In this document: positions 9,046 to 19,384 of the stretch, piece after piece | How positions within the stretch are numbered: the first letter of the stretch is position 1 | How the letters are laid out: every line of letters starts with the position of its first letter | From: Patescibacteria group bacterium UBA6017 | GTDB taxonomy: Bacteria; Patescibacteriota; Saccharimonadia; UBA4664 | Direction of reading: 5' to 3' | DNA: 64,000 nucleotides | Assembly: GCA_002429485.1 (NCBI GenBank) | Contig: DIZX01000011.1 | Location: forward strand, 55,258-119,257 | Notes under the pieces: generated by a model | Databases searched by the model: none | Told to the model about the DNA's origin: nothing | The model's input: only the letters and a program-made list of their open reading frames with translations | Program-made: the position numbers and the translations under genes

Positions 9046-9812
9046 TTCTTCTTCGCTCCTGCTCGTTTTTCTACTTCCTTGGCCAGCGCCTTGTAGCTGC
9101 GCGCACCCTTGCTCCATCCATCATAATGCATAATCGATTTACCAAAACTCGGTGCCTCGGCCAGCCGCACATTGCGCGGAATCACGGTCTCAAATACCTT
9201 ATCCGGGAAATGCCGCTTCACCTCTTCGTGCACCTGCATACTCAGCGTAGTGCGGCCGTTGTGCATAGTCACCAGCACCCCCATCAACCCCAGTTTCGGA
9301 TTTAAGGCTTTGCGGATTCGCTGTACCGTCTGCACCAGCTGCCCCAAGCCTTCCATAGCGTAAAATTCCGCCTGCACCGGGATAATCAGCTCGTGTGCCG
9401 CCACCAATCCATTCACCGTCAAAATCCCCAAACTGGGCGGACAATCTATCAGAACATAATCATAATCCAGATCGGCCAATGCATCGCGCAGCTTAAATTC
9501 CCGCTGCGGCACCGCCACTAGCTCCACCTCGGCCGCCGCCAACACCGCGCTCGCGGGCAGCACGTGCAAGCCGTCCACCGCCGTAGGCCTAGCCACCGCT
9601 TGCGCCGATACCCCGTCCATCAGCACGTCGTACAAATCACCCGACAACTTATCTGGCCGAATACCCAGCCCACTGGAAGTATTCCCTTGTGGGTCCAGAT
9701 CCACTATCAACACCTTCTTATTCCCCGAAGCCAGATACGCTCCGAGGTTTATGGTAGTGGTAGTCTTGCCAACTCCGCCTTTTTGGTTGGCGATTGCGAT
9801 TATTTTGGCCAT
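9042..9812 (-). CDS. parA: chromosome partitioning ATPase ParA/Soj
   Basis: ANQKGGVGKTTT, DLDPQGN, IDCPPSLG, IPRNVRLAEAPSFG. Confidence 0.97.
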   Translation of the reverse strand: MAKIIAIANQKGGVGKTTTTINLGAYLASGNKKVLIVDLDPQGNTSSGLGIRPDKLSGDLYDVLMDGVSAQAVARPTAVDGLHVLPASAVLAAAEVELVAVPQREFKLRDALADLDYDYVLIDCPPSLGILTVNGLVAAHELIIPVQAEFYAMEGLGQLVQTVQRIRKALNPKLGLMGVLVTMHNGRTTLSMQVHEEVKRHFPDKVFETVIPRNVRLAEAPSFGKSIMHYDGWSKGARSYKALAKEVEKRAGAKKK

Positions 9813-9864
9813 TCGCGGCGCTCGCAGCCTCACATATTACATCTATAAGTATACCAAATTCCGC

Positions 9865-10257
9865 TTACCCTTGGCTACGGGCATCCGGGTGAACGGTATT
9901 TTCGATATGGTGCTTCAGCTCTGCCCTCGTTCTATCTAATCGACGGCTAATCCGAGTGACCCTGTCAGCCTCCGCAAAATAATCCTCCTCCAGCATTGAT
10001 CGTACCCGCCTGATCTCGCCCCTAACCGAGGCAATACCTGTCTCAAGATCATCCTTTGTAGCCAGCCCGCTCACCGCTACTTGGAGCTCATCTCTCGTGG
10101 CTAGGCCGCTCACCGCTACTTGGAGCTCACCTTTTGTTGACAGGCCGCTCACGACCACCTCAAGCTGATCCTTCGTAGCCAGCCCGCCTACCGCCCCATG
10201 AATAGCATGAGTTACAGTCTCGCCAATCTGGCCTAAATCTTCCTGCGTCAGCGCCAT
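9865..10257 (-). CDS. coiled-coil protein with four 13-aa GLATKDELQVAVS repeats
   Basis: Repeats visible in protein and DNA (39-bp period); own TATACT and GGGG-type SD. Confidence 0.75.
   Translation of the reverse strand: MALTQEDLGQIGETVTHAIHGAVGGLATKDQLEVVVSGLSTKGELQVAVSGLATRDELQVAVSGLATKDDLETGIASVRGEIRRVRSMLEEDYFAEADRVTRISRRLDRTRAELKHHIENTVHPDARSQG
10043..10195 (-). repeat. 39-bp intragenic tandem repeat (~4 units)
   Basis: CCGCTCACCGCTACTTGGAGCTCA exact at 10067 and 10106. Confidence 0.85.
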
Positions 10258-10344
10258 GATGCACCCCTATTTCTCACTAGTATACCCCGCTCTTATTCCA
10301 CCATCATACCATACAAAAGCCGAACATACAATGGTTCCGAGCAG

Positions 10345-10833
10345 TTACTTTACGACCTCAAGCCCGTTGAACAGCTTGCGCCACTGCTCATCCGAAAGGT
10401 CGCGATCCGGCTTCACAAACATCAAAGTACCCTTCGCATTCATCACCGCCGCCTGCTTTCCCTTCAGATCCTTCGGCCGCGTGAGGTGGACCGTACCGCT
10501 ATCACTGTCGAATTTACTGTACTCGTTCATGTTCGTCACTACCTTGTCGTACACCTGCGGGATATCAATAAAACTTTCCGGGGTTGGCTGCTCGCTCACT
10601 ACTGTCTTAACTCCATACGCCGCAACTGTGAAGCTAAGCAATTTCAGCTTCGAATCATAGATCATCGAGTCTCTCGACACCTCAACCTCGCGCACCTGAG
10701 GCACCATAATCGTCGACGTCACCGCGCGCTTGATCTCCACCGGCACCGGTGGCTTTGGCGCCACCAACATCACCCCGATCACCACCAACCCGATGGTCAC
10801 CAAACTACCTATAATCAACCACAACCGTTTCAT
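10345..10833 (-). CDS. small N-anchored exported protein, partner of giant protein 1 (paralog of 31260-31805)
   Basis: MKRLWLIIG TM; S-x-Q-x-TPE and C-terminal GTLMF..LSDEQWRKLFNGL matching the paralog; TGtTATGCT 6 nt before ATG. Confidence 0.8.
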   Translation of the reverse strand: MKRLWLIIGSLVTIGLVVIGVMLVAPKPPVPVEIKRAVTSTIMVPQVREVEVSRDSMIYDSKLKLLSFTVAAYGVKTVVSEQPTPESFIDIPQVYDKVVTNMNEYSKFDSDSGTVHLTRPKDLKGKQAAVMNAKGTLMFVKPDRDLSDEQWRKLFNGLEVVK

Positions 10834-10934
10834 GTAAGTAGCATAACATGACCCGATATATCGACGAACTTCTAGCGCCGCCAACTAGCGAATATTTATT
10901 TTTATCAGTTAAGGTACTGCCAGGCGTGAGGCGG

Positions 10935-13900
10935 CTACCTGATATTAAGTACAGTTGCTACAGAGCCACGGCAATCATCCGTAGCGGCCGTACAGGTGCT
11001 TGAGAAAGCGGATAGTGCTATTCCCAGCGAACCATATCCATTGGCTGGTGCCGGAATTGCAGCCGCCGTGACCGAATATCCGGCGTTCGTCGTTGCACTA
11101 GACTCCAAATTTTGCTGTATGCTCCCGGCGTCAGCCTTGACGAATGCAGGGCCGGCAGTAGCTATGATGGCGTTGATAGTGTTTGCGGTCGTACCTCCGG
11201 CCGTCACAATGAAGACCCCGCGCATACTTGCCAATCCCAGAGTAAGCGCCGGTCGAGTTACCGCTCCAAGCGTGGCGGTTTGTTGTGCGATCATACCCAA
11301 CGCCGCCGCTGTCGTGATGTTATTCACTAGCTCTTTTGTTGTAGTCGTAAATGTTCTGGTGTCATATATAGCAGTGATCTTAGAGCCGTTCACCTTTAGA
11401 TCTGCCAAACAGAGAATGGGTGCAGTAGTCGAGAATGTAGGCAAGTTATTAGTCTCGGACGTCCCGTCTAGTAGCTGTGGTTGATTTGTACTAGCCGTAT
11501 TCAAACAAACATGCGTAAAGTGTCCGGCCGTTAATGTCACTGTCTGATCGGCAGCCTGAGCTGGCACCACCACACGACGACCATTTGAGTATGCAGTGCA
11601 TCCAGTCCAACGAATCTTGGTATTTACCGATCCCAAGTATATCCTGCAGGGACCAGAGGCGGATAGCGTCCCATTCACTCCGACCCAGTCCCCCGGAGTA
11701 GTGCCGCTATCCGGTACTACTCCGAACATTATCAGCCCAGTGTCCTTAGTGGTCACGACGTCACTCCACGAACCATCTTCACACACCCGGACCGAGGGAG
11801 TATTCGTATTTGTGTTGTAATACAGCGCCCCCTGATTAGTCGTCGCATTACACGTCCCGGTATCGGCAAATACGTTCGATGAATCTAATTGCAGATTATT
11901 TTGGGTCGCATCAGCAGCAGTGGCCGAGCCTATCTGAACATTACCGCCCAAGATCGTGTCACCACCTTGAACGTTCAGGCGAGAAGTTCCGGCATCAGCC
12001 ACCCCGATGCCCACATTATCGATGTACGACACTGTTGGCTTCACAAAGGATGTGGTGTCGGTCGTGTAGACTGCCGAAGTATTCATATTCTCAGAAATAG
12101 CCGTTATGCTTCCAGGGTAACCATTAATGGCCTTTACGTCGATAAAGACATCATTCCCGGTCGATACCCGGTGGACGATCTGGATCCGGTAGCGCGAGTT
12201 GGTAGCATCCCAAGTGACATCCGAGATTGCAAAATTGGCCGATGTTGCACCAGATGCATCGCTATAGCGGGAATCGTTATGCCATATCGTACCCCCGGCA
12301 TTCAAACCCAGATAGAAGGTTTTCTGAACCGCACCACCGGCATCCTGATTGATATAGTTACTCGTTAGAGTGACCTCAATCTCCCCGGCAAACTGCGGTG
12401 CAAAATATAGGTCGAACTTCTGATTTGCCACCCCATTTGTAAACGATTTGGTAAAGGTTCGTTCGGCACTGACGCCGCCAACTACGAGCGCATTACCAAT
12501 ACTGACATTGCTGGTCGTCGTATCAACGTTCAACGCCGTAGACGAACCCGCGCCATTCTTGACCGCAAAAGCGGTGGCGGAGTCGAGGCCAGCGTTTGGC
12601 TGGACCAAGGCCGTTCCGGCGACTACTAAGTTAAGGTTATAAGCAGTGCCCCAAGTATTGACTGCATCGCCCGAGGTAATCCCCATGCGCAGTACTTGAT
12701 CGGTTACGTTTGAGTTCGGACCAATTCCCCAGTTGGCGTTACTTGGCCATTGGCCGGTTATCGAGGCATTTCCGGTCGCAGTCGTCGTCCAGTCATCCAT
12801 ATACAAGAAAGCCGGTGTAGTACTACCACTGGAACTACCGATATGCACTGCATTACCTCCGGTGTCGACCGAAAGAACATTGGCGCCCGATGCATTTTGC
12901 ACCGCAAAGGCGGTGGTGGAGTTACTCGCGTTTCTCACCCTCACATAGCCAGCCGTGGCCGCACCGCCGGTTCCGACCGATCCGCCAGCCAAGGTGATGA
13001 TACCGCCGGCACCGCCTAGGGTGGAGCCGTTACCACCGTTTCCGGCCGTCAGGTTAATGTTGGACCCAGCACCGCCGGTGCCATTGATAGCCGCGCCACC
13101 GTTACCACCCTGCAGTAATAGTGTGCCGGCCGCACCGCCCGTTTCACCACCACTAGCACCAGTGGCTGCCCCGCCGTTACCGGTGGTAAATGAGATGGCC
13201 GAACCGGCCCCAGCCGTAGCACCAGCGGTGCTCGTGGTAGCACCACCATTTGGGCCAAGTACGGTCAGGGCGGCCGTAGCGGCCGTGCCAGCACCGGCCG
13301 AAACAGCTGGAATTCCACCAGTGACATATAGCAAGGAGGCTGGTGAAGACGTACCAATACCTACCAAGCCTGCACTGGTAACTTGGAGACCAATTCGGTG
13401 AATCCGGTAAGCAATACCGGGGTTAGATGATACTGTTTGCGAAGTCGCAGTTGTCATCGTTGTACTGGTCGGAACAGTCAGGATAGTAGCTGTCTGGCCA
13501 GTCGCGAATATGAACTGCTCTCCTATCATAGCCGAGGTCCATGATGTGCCCACACCTGTAATGTTGGTAGTCGACTGATAAGCCGTGCCGGTGCTGTAAT
13601 CCAGCGGGGAGACACTAAAGGTGTTAAGCGGGATGGTTGTGCCGATACCAACGTTCGTTGCCGTATCAACCGAACCGAGCACGATACTATTGCTGGCCTG
13701 CACCTGGGCATAGGCACCGAGGGCGGTGGCGTTTTGGAGGGCAGCACCGGTGGCGAACTGGCCGCCGGAGTCTTGGAAGCCAGCTCTCCTACCTAAGGCG
13801 GTGTTATAGCTGCCGGAGGTATTGTTGCGCAGCGTATCATCGCCTACAGCAGTATTATAAGATCCGGAGGTATTCAATATCATTGAAGCATCCCCAAAAG

Positions 13901-16900
13901 CATTATTTGAGGAACCGATATTATTGGCCTGGAGAGCAAAAGTACCAAAGGCATTATTGTAGCTAGCAGTGGTATTGGCGGTGAGGCTATAAGCGCCAAG
14001 AGCGTTGTTGTGTTGACCAGTGGTGTTGGATGTCAGTGCAGACATACCTGTAGCCGTATTGTCGAAGCCGGTCGTGTTATTCAGCAGCGCGCCCCGGCCA
14101 ATGGCGGTGTTCTCATAGCCAGTCTGGTTAAATTGGAGTGCTCGGGATCCGAGAGCGGTATTGTAATTGCCGGTAGTGTTGGACTGCATACTGTAGCTGC
14201 CGATGGCAGTGTTCTCGAAACCAGTCGTGTTAGCCTGGAGCGTGATGTAGCCCAGGGCGGTATTGCGGTAGCCGGTGGCGTTAGCTTGCCCCGAGTTGAT
14301 GCCTATGAAGTTGTTGCTTGGGTCACTGCTAGCCCGGACTTCGATGTTAGCTACTCCACTGGCGTTCTTAACGGTCAAAGCCGAGTTGGTAATACCGGTA
14401 ATCTGTTTGATGGTGACCCCCGAAATAGTCCCCAGCCAGCTGCCCGTCGGGGTGAAGGACAGTTTGTTGGTGTTAACAGTGTTGACGACGTAGCTGTAGG
14501 TGCCATTACAGTTGTCTCCGGTGATGGCTACACCACCCAAGGTCTGGCCACCAATGGCGGCAGTAACTGATTGAGATGAGTTGCCACAGGCCGTCGGCGT
14601 ACTACTGATATTGAAGCTAACTTGGTATGTAGCCCCACTGGTGATGGCGGCCGTGGTGTTGGTGATGGTGGTTGTACCACTAGTGTGGGTAGCTTGAGTA
14701 GAGGTGGTCACATCCCACCCAGTGGTAGTTCCCCATTGGGTGGCGAAGTTGTTAACCCCCATGAGATCCGCACCTAGGGTGGCTGTGTCGGTACCGGCGC
14801 GTACGGTGAGGGTTTGGTTGGTGGTGTCGACGTTTACTACCGGAACGGCGGTGGCATTTTGAATCTGGAAGGATGTGGCGGAGTTTGAAGCTGCCTTCTG
14901 AGTATAATCACCGTTGAGCGAGATACCGGAGCCCTGAACCTTGAACAGGTTGTCAACTCCGCCGTTGCTGCTCGAGATACCAAAATAAGTGTTAGCGCTG
15001 ATGTCCAAAGTCGACATCACTACTTCGTTCACCCCCAGAGAAGTGACGTTCGTGAATGCCACGAAGGTTGGCGTAAACCACGCCTGCTCCGTAGGCTCAA
15101 TTGTGACATATGTGTTCGAGGCACCAGCACTCGTAGAAGATGCCCGAACATCAATATAAGTTAGATCAAGTACTGTATCGTGTACTACTCTCATCCGGTC
15201 ATAGTCAGAAGTACCATTCTGGTTCAACAGAGATACAGTAGCCGTCGACCCCCAGTCAGCCTGAACTAAGAAGGATCTTGAGTTTGGGGTCATCGTACCG
15301 CCAATAGTCGTCAAAGTAACCTTAGCGGCAAATCGGCCATTGTTGGTCGCTCTTGAAGCAATCCGGTACCAATTGCCGCTAGTATTAGTCTGTGCCACAA
15401 CTCCCGTACTTATCCCCTGTGTCAACAGAATGTCGCTGCTAGTCTGAGCTAGCGTACGATATTTCAGTACGCCGCTATCGTTCGTAACGAACCCGGTATA
15501 AGTAGCGTCATCGGCTGTTTGGGGTACAATCACGCTTCCCGCTACAGTATCGACCGATAAAATGGAGGTACCGGCCGCATTTTGGACCCGGAAAGCAGTG
15601 GTTGAGTCATTTCCAGTAGTAGGCTTCACAAGGGCCGTTCCGGCCACCAGCAGGTTAATGTTGCGGGTGGTACTCCAGTCATTGAGGTTATTGGTCCCGG
15701 TCACGCCAAGCCGCACAGTAGAGTCACCAGCATTTGAGTTAGACCCTAGCCCCCAGGAGTTCATGCTGTTCCATTGTCCTACAATGCTGGCGTTACCGGC
15801 GGCATTGCTACTAGCATCGTTCAGGAGTAAGTAAGCCGGTGTAGCAGTACCAGTGCTATTAATTCCAATAACTACCTTATTATTGGAAGTATCAACTGCG
15901 AGAACATTAGCAGCCGAGGCATTTTGGACTTGGAATGCGGTGACGGAATTGGTATTACTCTTAGCAATAATCGAAGCGCTGGCGCTATTGGTGCTTAAGT
16001 TTAAGTTGCCAGTCCCGGCGTTTACGTTGACGGCCGTTGCACCAGTGGTATTACCAAGAGTAATCGTGCCGACATTAGCCGTTCCGATACTTATTGCCCC
16101 GTTCGCCGTCGCGCCGGTACCGGCATCAATCACTACGTTACCGCCGGTGCGGGTACCACTCGCCCCGGTAGCGTTGCCGCCCTGTAGTGTCAATACACCA
16201 CCGACGGCAGTGGTAGTACCGCTTTCGTTACCAGCCCTAAGGGTCAGGGCTGCTCCGGTAGCTGCCGCCGAAGTATTATTCCCCGGCTGAAACACCAAGG
16301 CCGTCGGAGCCGTCCCGGCCAAGGTGGTAATGTCGGCCGTTTGGGCTCCCGCCAAGGTTAAGGCTCCCAGGTTGTCTATTTTGAACTTCGACACTCCGTT
16401 GGCCTGGAGGTCTAGGAAAGCCCCCGAGGCAAACGAGCCCGAACCGTTGGCTACGTTCACTAGCAAAGCCGTGCCGGTGTAGGCTGAGGTGGACTGGCTC
16501 ACACTCAGTAAGGTAGCGCTGGTGGCCCCGGTATTTGAGGTGGTGATGTTGCCCGCATTCTGGGTTTGCTGAATATCTACCGCCTGAGCCGCCGTGCCAC
16601 TCGTCCCCTTCACGGTCAGACCCACTACGCTGTTGACTGTCGGCGTAATGGTGTTTTGGGCAGTCGAGGTGGGGGCTTGGAGAATACACGTGATACAGGT
16701 GTTGGCCGACCCGGCGTTCACCGCGTACACTGCACTGCCTATCCGGCGCATCGGCAGCATTTCCCCGTCCGGCGTACAGCTCGAGAAGGGCGTGCAACTG
16801 GAAGTCGTGTTGGCGCCGCCCGCGATGTTCGTAGACAGCCACAGCACCGGCTGGTTGAGGTCAATCCCCACTAAAGTCGTGATTGAGCCCAAATTCACGG

Positions 16901-17279
16901 AGAAGTAACCGTTCTTCACTGTCACTCCGTTACTGGCATTATTTAACCATTCTTCAGTCCACTGCAAAGTACCAGCCGTGCTCTGACAATCTGGCAGGGT
17001 TGCACAGGCACTATCGGTGGCCACCAACCCATCACCATTCTTGTAGATCTTGAACTGCATATTGTAATTTCCATCAGCAACAACGGCCCCAGCCGCGTTC
17101 AGCAGCCGACCCTGGTAGTTCACTTTATTGTTGATGCCAGCGCTCGGGGCCACGGCCTGCGCCGGACTAGCCGGCACTATCCCACTCAAGCCAAATAGCC
17201 CGACCAGTGTCAGGAGCGGTGCTATACGTGAGATAAATGTTTGGACTCTTCGCCTGAAAATTAGGCTCGAAATGATCAC
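10935..17279 (-). CDS. giant secreted tail-fibre/adhesin-like protein 1 (2114 aa)
   Basis: Signal peptide (PAQA); N-terminal YQGRL..G.Y.M.F.IY..W.E..V.NG.FSVNLG domain; repeated NSTTAF.VQNA.G..VL.VDT units; Gly-rich GG.LTL.GG units; ten 17-aa repeats; GALYYNT..RVC..W knob-like motif; no C-terminal anchor. Confidence 0.85.
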   Translation of the reverse strand: MIISSLIFRRRVQTFISRIAPLLTLVGLFGLSGIVPASPAQAVAPSAGINNKVNYQGRLLNAAGAVVADGNYNMQFKIYKNGDGLVATDSACATLPDCQSTAGTLQWTEEWLNNASNGVTVKNGYFSVNLGSITTLVGIDLNQPVLWLSTNIAGGANTTSSCTPFSSCTPDGEMLPMRRIGSAVYAVNAGSANTCITCILQAPTSTAQNTITPTVNSVVGLTVKGTSGTAAQAVDIQQTQNAGNITTSNTGATSATLLSVSQSTSAYTGTALLVNVANGSGSFASGAFLDLQANGVSKFKIDNLGALTLAGAQTADITTLAGTAPTALVFQPGNNTSAAATGAALTLRAGNESGTTTAVGGVLTLQGGNATGASGTRTGGNVVIDAGTGATANGAISIGTANVGTITLGNTTGATAVNVNAGTGNLNLSTNSASASIIAKSNTNSVTAFQVQNASAANVLAVDTSNNKVVIGINSTGTATPAYLLLNDASSNAAGNASIVGQWNSMNSWGLGSNSNAGDSTVRLGVTGTNNLNDWSTTRNINLLVAGTALVKPTTGNDSTTAFRVQNAAGTSILSVDTVAGSVIVPQTADDATYTGFVTNDSGVLKYRTLAQTSSDILLTQGISTGVVAQTNTSGNWYRIASRATNNGRFAAKVTLTTIGGTMTPNSRSFLVQADWGSTATVSLLNQNGTSDYDRMRVVHDTVLDLTYIDVRASSTSAGASNTYVTIEPTEQAWFTPTFVAFTNVTSLGVNEVVMSTLDISANTYFGISSSNGGVDNLFKVQGSGISLNGDYTQKAASNSATSFQIQNATAVPVVNVDTTNQTLTVRAGTDTATLGADLMGVNNFATQWGTTTGWDVTTSTQATHTSGTTTITNTTAAITSGATYQVSFNISSTPTACGNSSQSVTAAIGGQTLGGVAITGDNCNGTYSYVVNTVNTNKLSFTPTGSWLGTISGVTIKQITGITNSALTVKNASGVANIEVRASSDPSNNFIGINSGQANATGYRNTALGYITLQANTTGFENTAIGSYSMQSNTTGNYNTALGSRALQFNQTGYENTAIGRGALLNNTTGFDNTATGMSALTSNTTGQHNNALGAYSLTANTTASYNNAFGTFALQANNIGSSNNAFGDASMILNTSGSYNTAVGDDTLRNNTSGSYNTALGRRAGFQDSGGQFATGAALQNATALGAYAQVQASNSIVLGSVDTATNVGIGTTIPLNTFSVSPLDYSTGTAYQSTTNITGVGTSWTSAMIGEQFIFATGQTATILTVPTSTTMTTATSQTVSSNPGIAYRIHRIGLQVTSAGLVGIGTSSPASLLYVTGGIPAVSAGAGTAATAALTVLGPNGGATTSTAGATAGAGSAISFTTGNGGAATGASGGETGGAAGTLLLQGGNGGAAINGTGGAGSNINLTAGNGGNGSTLGGAGGIITLAGGSVGTGGAATAGYVRVRNASNSTTAFAVQNASGANVLSVDTGGNAVHIGSSSGSTTPAFLYMDDWTTTATGNASITGQWPSNANWGIGPNSNVTDQVLRMGITSGDAVNTWGTAYNLNLVVAGTALVQPNAGLDSATAFAVKNGAGSSTALNVDTTTSNVSIGNALVVGGVSAERTFTKSFTNGVANQKFDLYFAPQFAGEIEVTLTSNYINQDAGGAVQKTFYLGLNAGGTIWHNDSRYSDASGATSANFAISDVTWDATNSRYRIQIVHRVSTGNDVFIDVKAINGYPGSITAISENMNTSAVYTTDTTSFVKPTVSYIDNVGIGVADAGTSRLNVQGGDTILGGNVQIGSATAADATQNNLQLDSSNVFADTGTCNATTNQGALYYNTNTNTPSVRVCEDGSWSDVVTTKDTGLIMFGVVPDSGTTPGDWVGVNGTLSASGPCRIYLGSVNTKIRWTGCTAYSNGRRVVVPAQAADQTVTLTAGHFTHVCLNTASTNQPQLLDGTSETNNLPTFSTTAPILCLADLKVNGSKITAIYDTRTFTTTTKELVNNITTAAALGMIAQQTATLGAVTRPALTLGLASMRGVFIVTAGGTTANTINAIIATAGPAFVKADAGSIQQNLESSATTNAGYSVTAAAIPAPANGYGSLGIALSAFSSTCTAATDDCRGSVATVLNIR
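13773..14282 (-). repeat. ten 17-aa (51-bp) NTTGxxNTAxGxxxLxx repeats, YadA-head-like beta-roll
   Basis: Counted directly in the translation, NATGYRNTALGYITLQA through NTSGSYNTALGRRAG. Confidence 0.85.
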
Positions 17280-17322
17280 TTCTCACATATAGCTTATGCT
17301 ACATATAATATCAAAATGAATA

Positions 17323-17350
17323 AGTATACACAAGCATTAACACCTGTCAA
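17323..17350 (-). promoter_or_regulatory. promoter of giant protein 1 (TTGACA-16-TATACT)
   Basis: Consensus -35, TG-containing spacer, TATACT -10. Confidence 0.65.
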
Positions 17351-17372
17351 AACTTGTTATTTTGAGCTGACA

Positions 17373-18329
17373 TCACACGCCCTGGACGTTCTGCTTTCTA
17401 AGCTTGCTAATCTCCCGCCGTTCGCCGAGCCAGAAGAAAATTACCATCACCAATGCCAACAGATACAGCGGCCAAGCTGTGAGTAAAATCCCCGGCAATG
17501 CCCCCAGTCCTTCACCCTTGGTTCCCCCCGATGAATTCACCGGGCCGTTCACTACCGTAATCATTTGCAGGAAAGCTCCGTTGCCCTGCGCATCCGTGAC
17601 CCGCAAAATCACCCGATACGTCCCCGGCCGATCATACACATGCTTACTTGCCACTTGACCGTCTGCACCCTGGCTCACCAGCGTGGTATTACCGTCGCCC
17701 CAATCCCAACTCACCGCGTACGGCGGAACACCGCCCACGATCGTCGCCGAACGACCCGCCTCCTGGCCTGGATTCACCCCGAGCACAGTAGTACTGACCT
17801 CCAGAAACAACTGACGTCCAGTGGAGCCGCCGGGTAAATTCAAGCTTGGTGCGTCATAAAACACGTTGACTGCCGCCGAATCGGGCCCAAACTGCCCCAA
17901 AGCATCCGACACCTTAGCAACCAGCACATTTGAACCATCAAATAAATCAATTAGTAACGAAAATGTACCATCGGTATCGCACGGCGTCACGCCGCCAAAT
18001 ACGCCATTCTTCGTAATATTCACAAACGTATTTGCCGGACATGTCCCGGAAACGGTAATCGGAATGGTGCCCGTACGAGTGCCGGTACGCGGGCTCACAA
18101 TCACCGCCGCCGTAGTCGGTGCCGGACCCCTCACTGTCCCGCTCAATCCCACCGAACCCGACTGCGGATTCACCGCCGGAGTTGCTGCCTGAGTGGCCAG
18201 GCTCGAACCGAGCAATAAAATGCCTACCAAAATCAAGGCAAAAAACAACCCGGGATACGAGGTATGGCGATGGTGCCGTACCTTCCCGGAATGTTCATGG
18301 GGCACGAGCTGTAGTAAACCGGCTTTCAT
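17373..18329 (-). CDS. Ig/PKD-domain membrane protein (paralog of 47016-47996)
   Basis: H-rich ..HHRHTSY N-terminus plus TM, Ig-like domain, PKD VSWDWGDG..HVY..PGTYRV.L.VTD, C-terminal TM then FWLGERRE. Confidence 0.85.
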   Translation of the reverse strand: MKAGLLQLVPHEHSGKVRHHRHTSYPGLFFALILVGILLLGSSLATQAATPAVNPQSGSVGLSGTVRGPAPTTAAVIVSPRTGTRTGTIPITVSGTCPANTFVNITKNGVFGGVTPCDTDGTFSLLIDLFDGSNVLVAKVSDALGQFGPDSAAVNVFYDAPSLNLPGGSTGRQLFLEVSTTVLGVNPGQEAGRSATIVGGVPPYAVSWDWGDGNTTLVSQGADGQVASKHVYDRPGTYRVILRVTDAQGNGAFLQMITVVNGPVNSSGGTKGEGLGALPGILLTAWPLYLLALVMVIFFWLGERREISKLRKQNVQGV

Positions 18330-18352
18330 GCCTTTAGTTTAGCACAAACGTA

Positions 18353-19345
18353 TTACCGGTGTCGGCGAGCTTGCGCAATGATGTGATCGTTGTAGCGGCG
18401 CAAGGCCATCTTGAGTACGAAGAAGAGGACAATCAGGCCAATCAGTCCGAGCAGAATCAGCTTCCACGGAATTACCCAGAACCCGATTTTGCCCGTAAGC
18501 GTCTTGCCGCTCGAGTAGTTCAATACCAACGCCGCCGTATAGTGACCAAATAATTGCTTATTGCTCAGACTACTCTCAAACCGGCGCACACTGTCCGGTA
18601 GCACATTGCCACCCTTCTCATTCACCGCTACAGATCCAATTTTCTTACCAAACGTATCTTTAACTTCAATTGCCCCCGTCACCTTCTCGTGAACGCTACC
18701 CTCGTTGCGAACGCGCACCAGGAAGTCGACCGGGCCGTGTTCAAAAAAGCTTTGCTTACTAAACACTACTGGTGATACCTGCATACCAGAAGTAAATTCT
18801 GCCAAACTCACCTTTTCGGTGATAATACCGCTGACTTTGAGCAAGATCAACGCCCCGACACTAGCTGACAGAGCCACGCCTGCGCCCGCTAGGTTCGGAG
18901 GCACGGCCGTAAACCGCACAACCCCAAAGTGACCGCCCGGCTCTGCGTTAGCCGGCACGACGATCTTTATAGTGGTGGTCTTGAGGTCCCCAGGGGCCAA
19001 TTGTAGGTCAGGTACGGTCTGGATCCAATATTTCAATGAAAAGTGCGTTGAACCAGTTTCGTCGAGGAGTAATTTCGGTTGGCCGCTCTCGTCTGATCCG
19101 GCACCAAAATCATCCGCCTTCCCTTTGGCTATCAACTCCCCTTGAGTCACGTTGCGCACACGGATACTGGCCGTCACAGTCTGGCCTGGGTTAGCTGACA
19201 ATTCCATCACCGGCGGAGAAATCTCCAGACCCTGACCAGGCGAACCAGCATCAGCCGCATTAGCTGTAGCAGCCCCAAACAAAGGACCGGCCGCCAATAG
19301 GCAGGTCATCAATCCGAAAACAGCATTCTTGTACCACTTACTCAT
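18353..19345 (-). CDS. DUF916/DUF3324 (WxL-interacting)-like or PapD-like two-domain protein with C-terminal TM
   Basis: Signal; GLEISPPVMELSANPGQTVTASIRVRN; VPANAEPGGHFG; NEGSVHE; NVLPDSVRRF; FWVIPW + TM + basic tail. Confidence 0.75.
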   Translation of the reverse strand: MSKWYKNAVFGLMTCLLAAGPLFGAATANAADAGSPGQGLEISPPVMELSANPGQTVTASIRVRNVTQGELIAKGKADDFGAGSDESGQPKLLLDETGSTHFSLKYWIQTVPDLQLAPGDLKTTTIKIVVPANAEPGGHFGVVRFTAVPPNLAGAGVALSASVGALILLKVSGIITEKVSLAEFTSGMQVSPVVFSKQSFFEHGPVDFLVRVRNEGSVHEKVTGAIEVKDTFGKKIGSVAVNEKGGNVLPDSVRRFESSLSNKQLFGHYTAALVLNYSSGKTLTGKIGFWVIPWKLILLGLIGLIVLFFVLKMALRRYNDHIIAQARRHR

Positions 19346-19384
19346 TGCAATTAGTGTATAGCATAAGTTTAATAATACGAAAAG

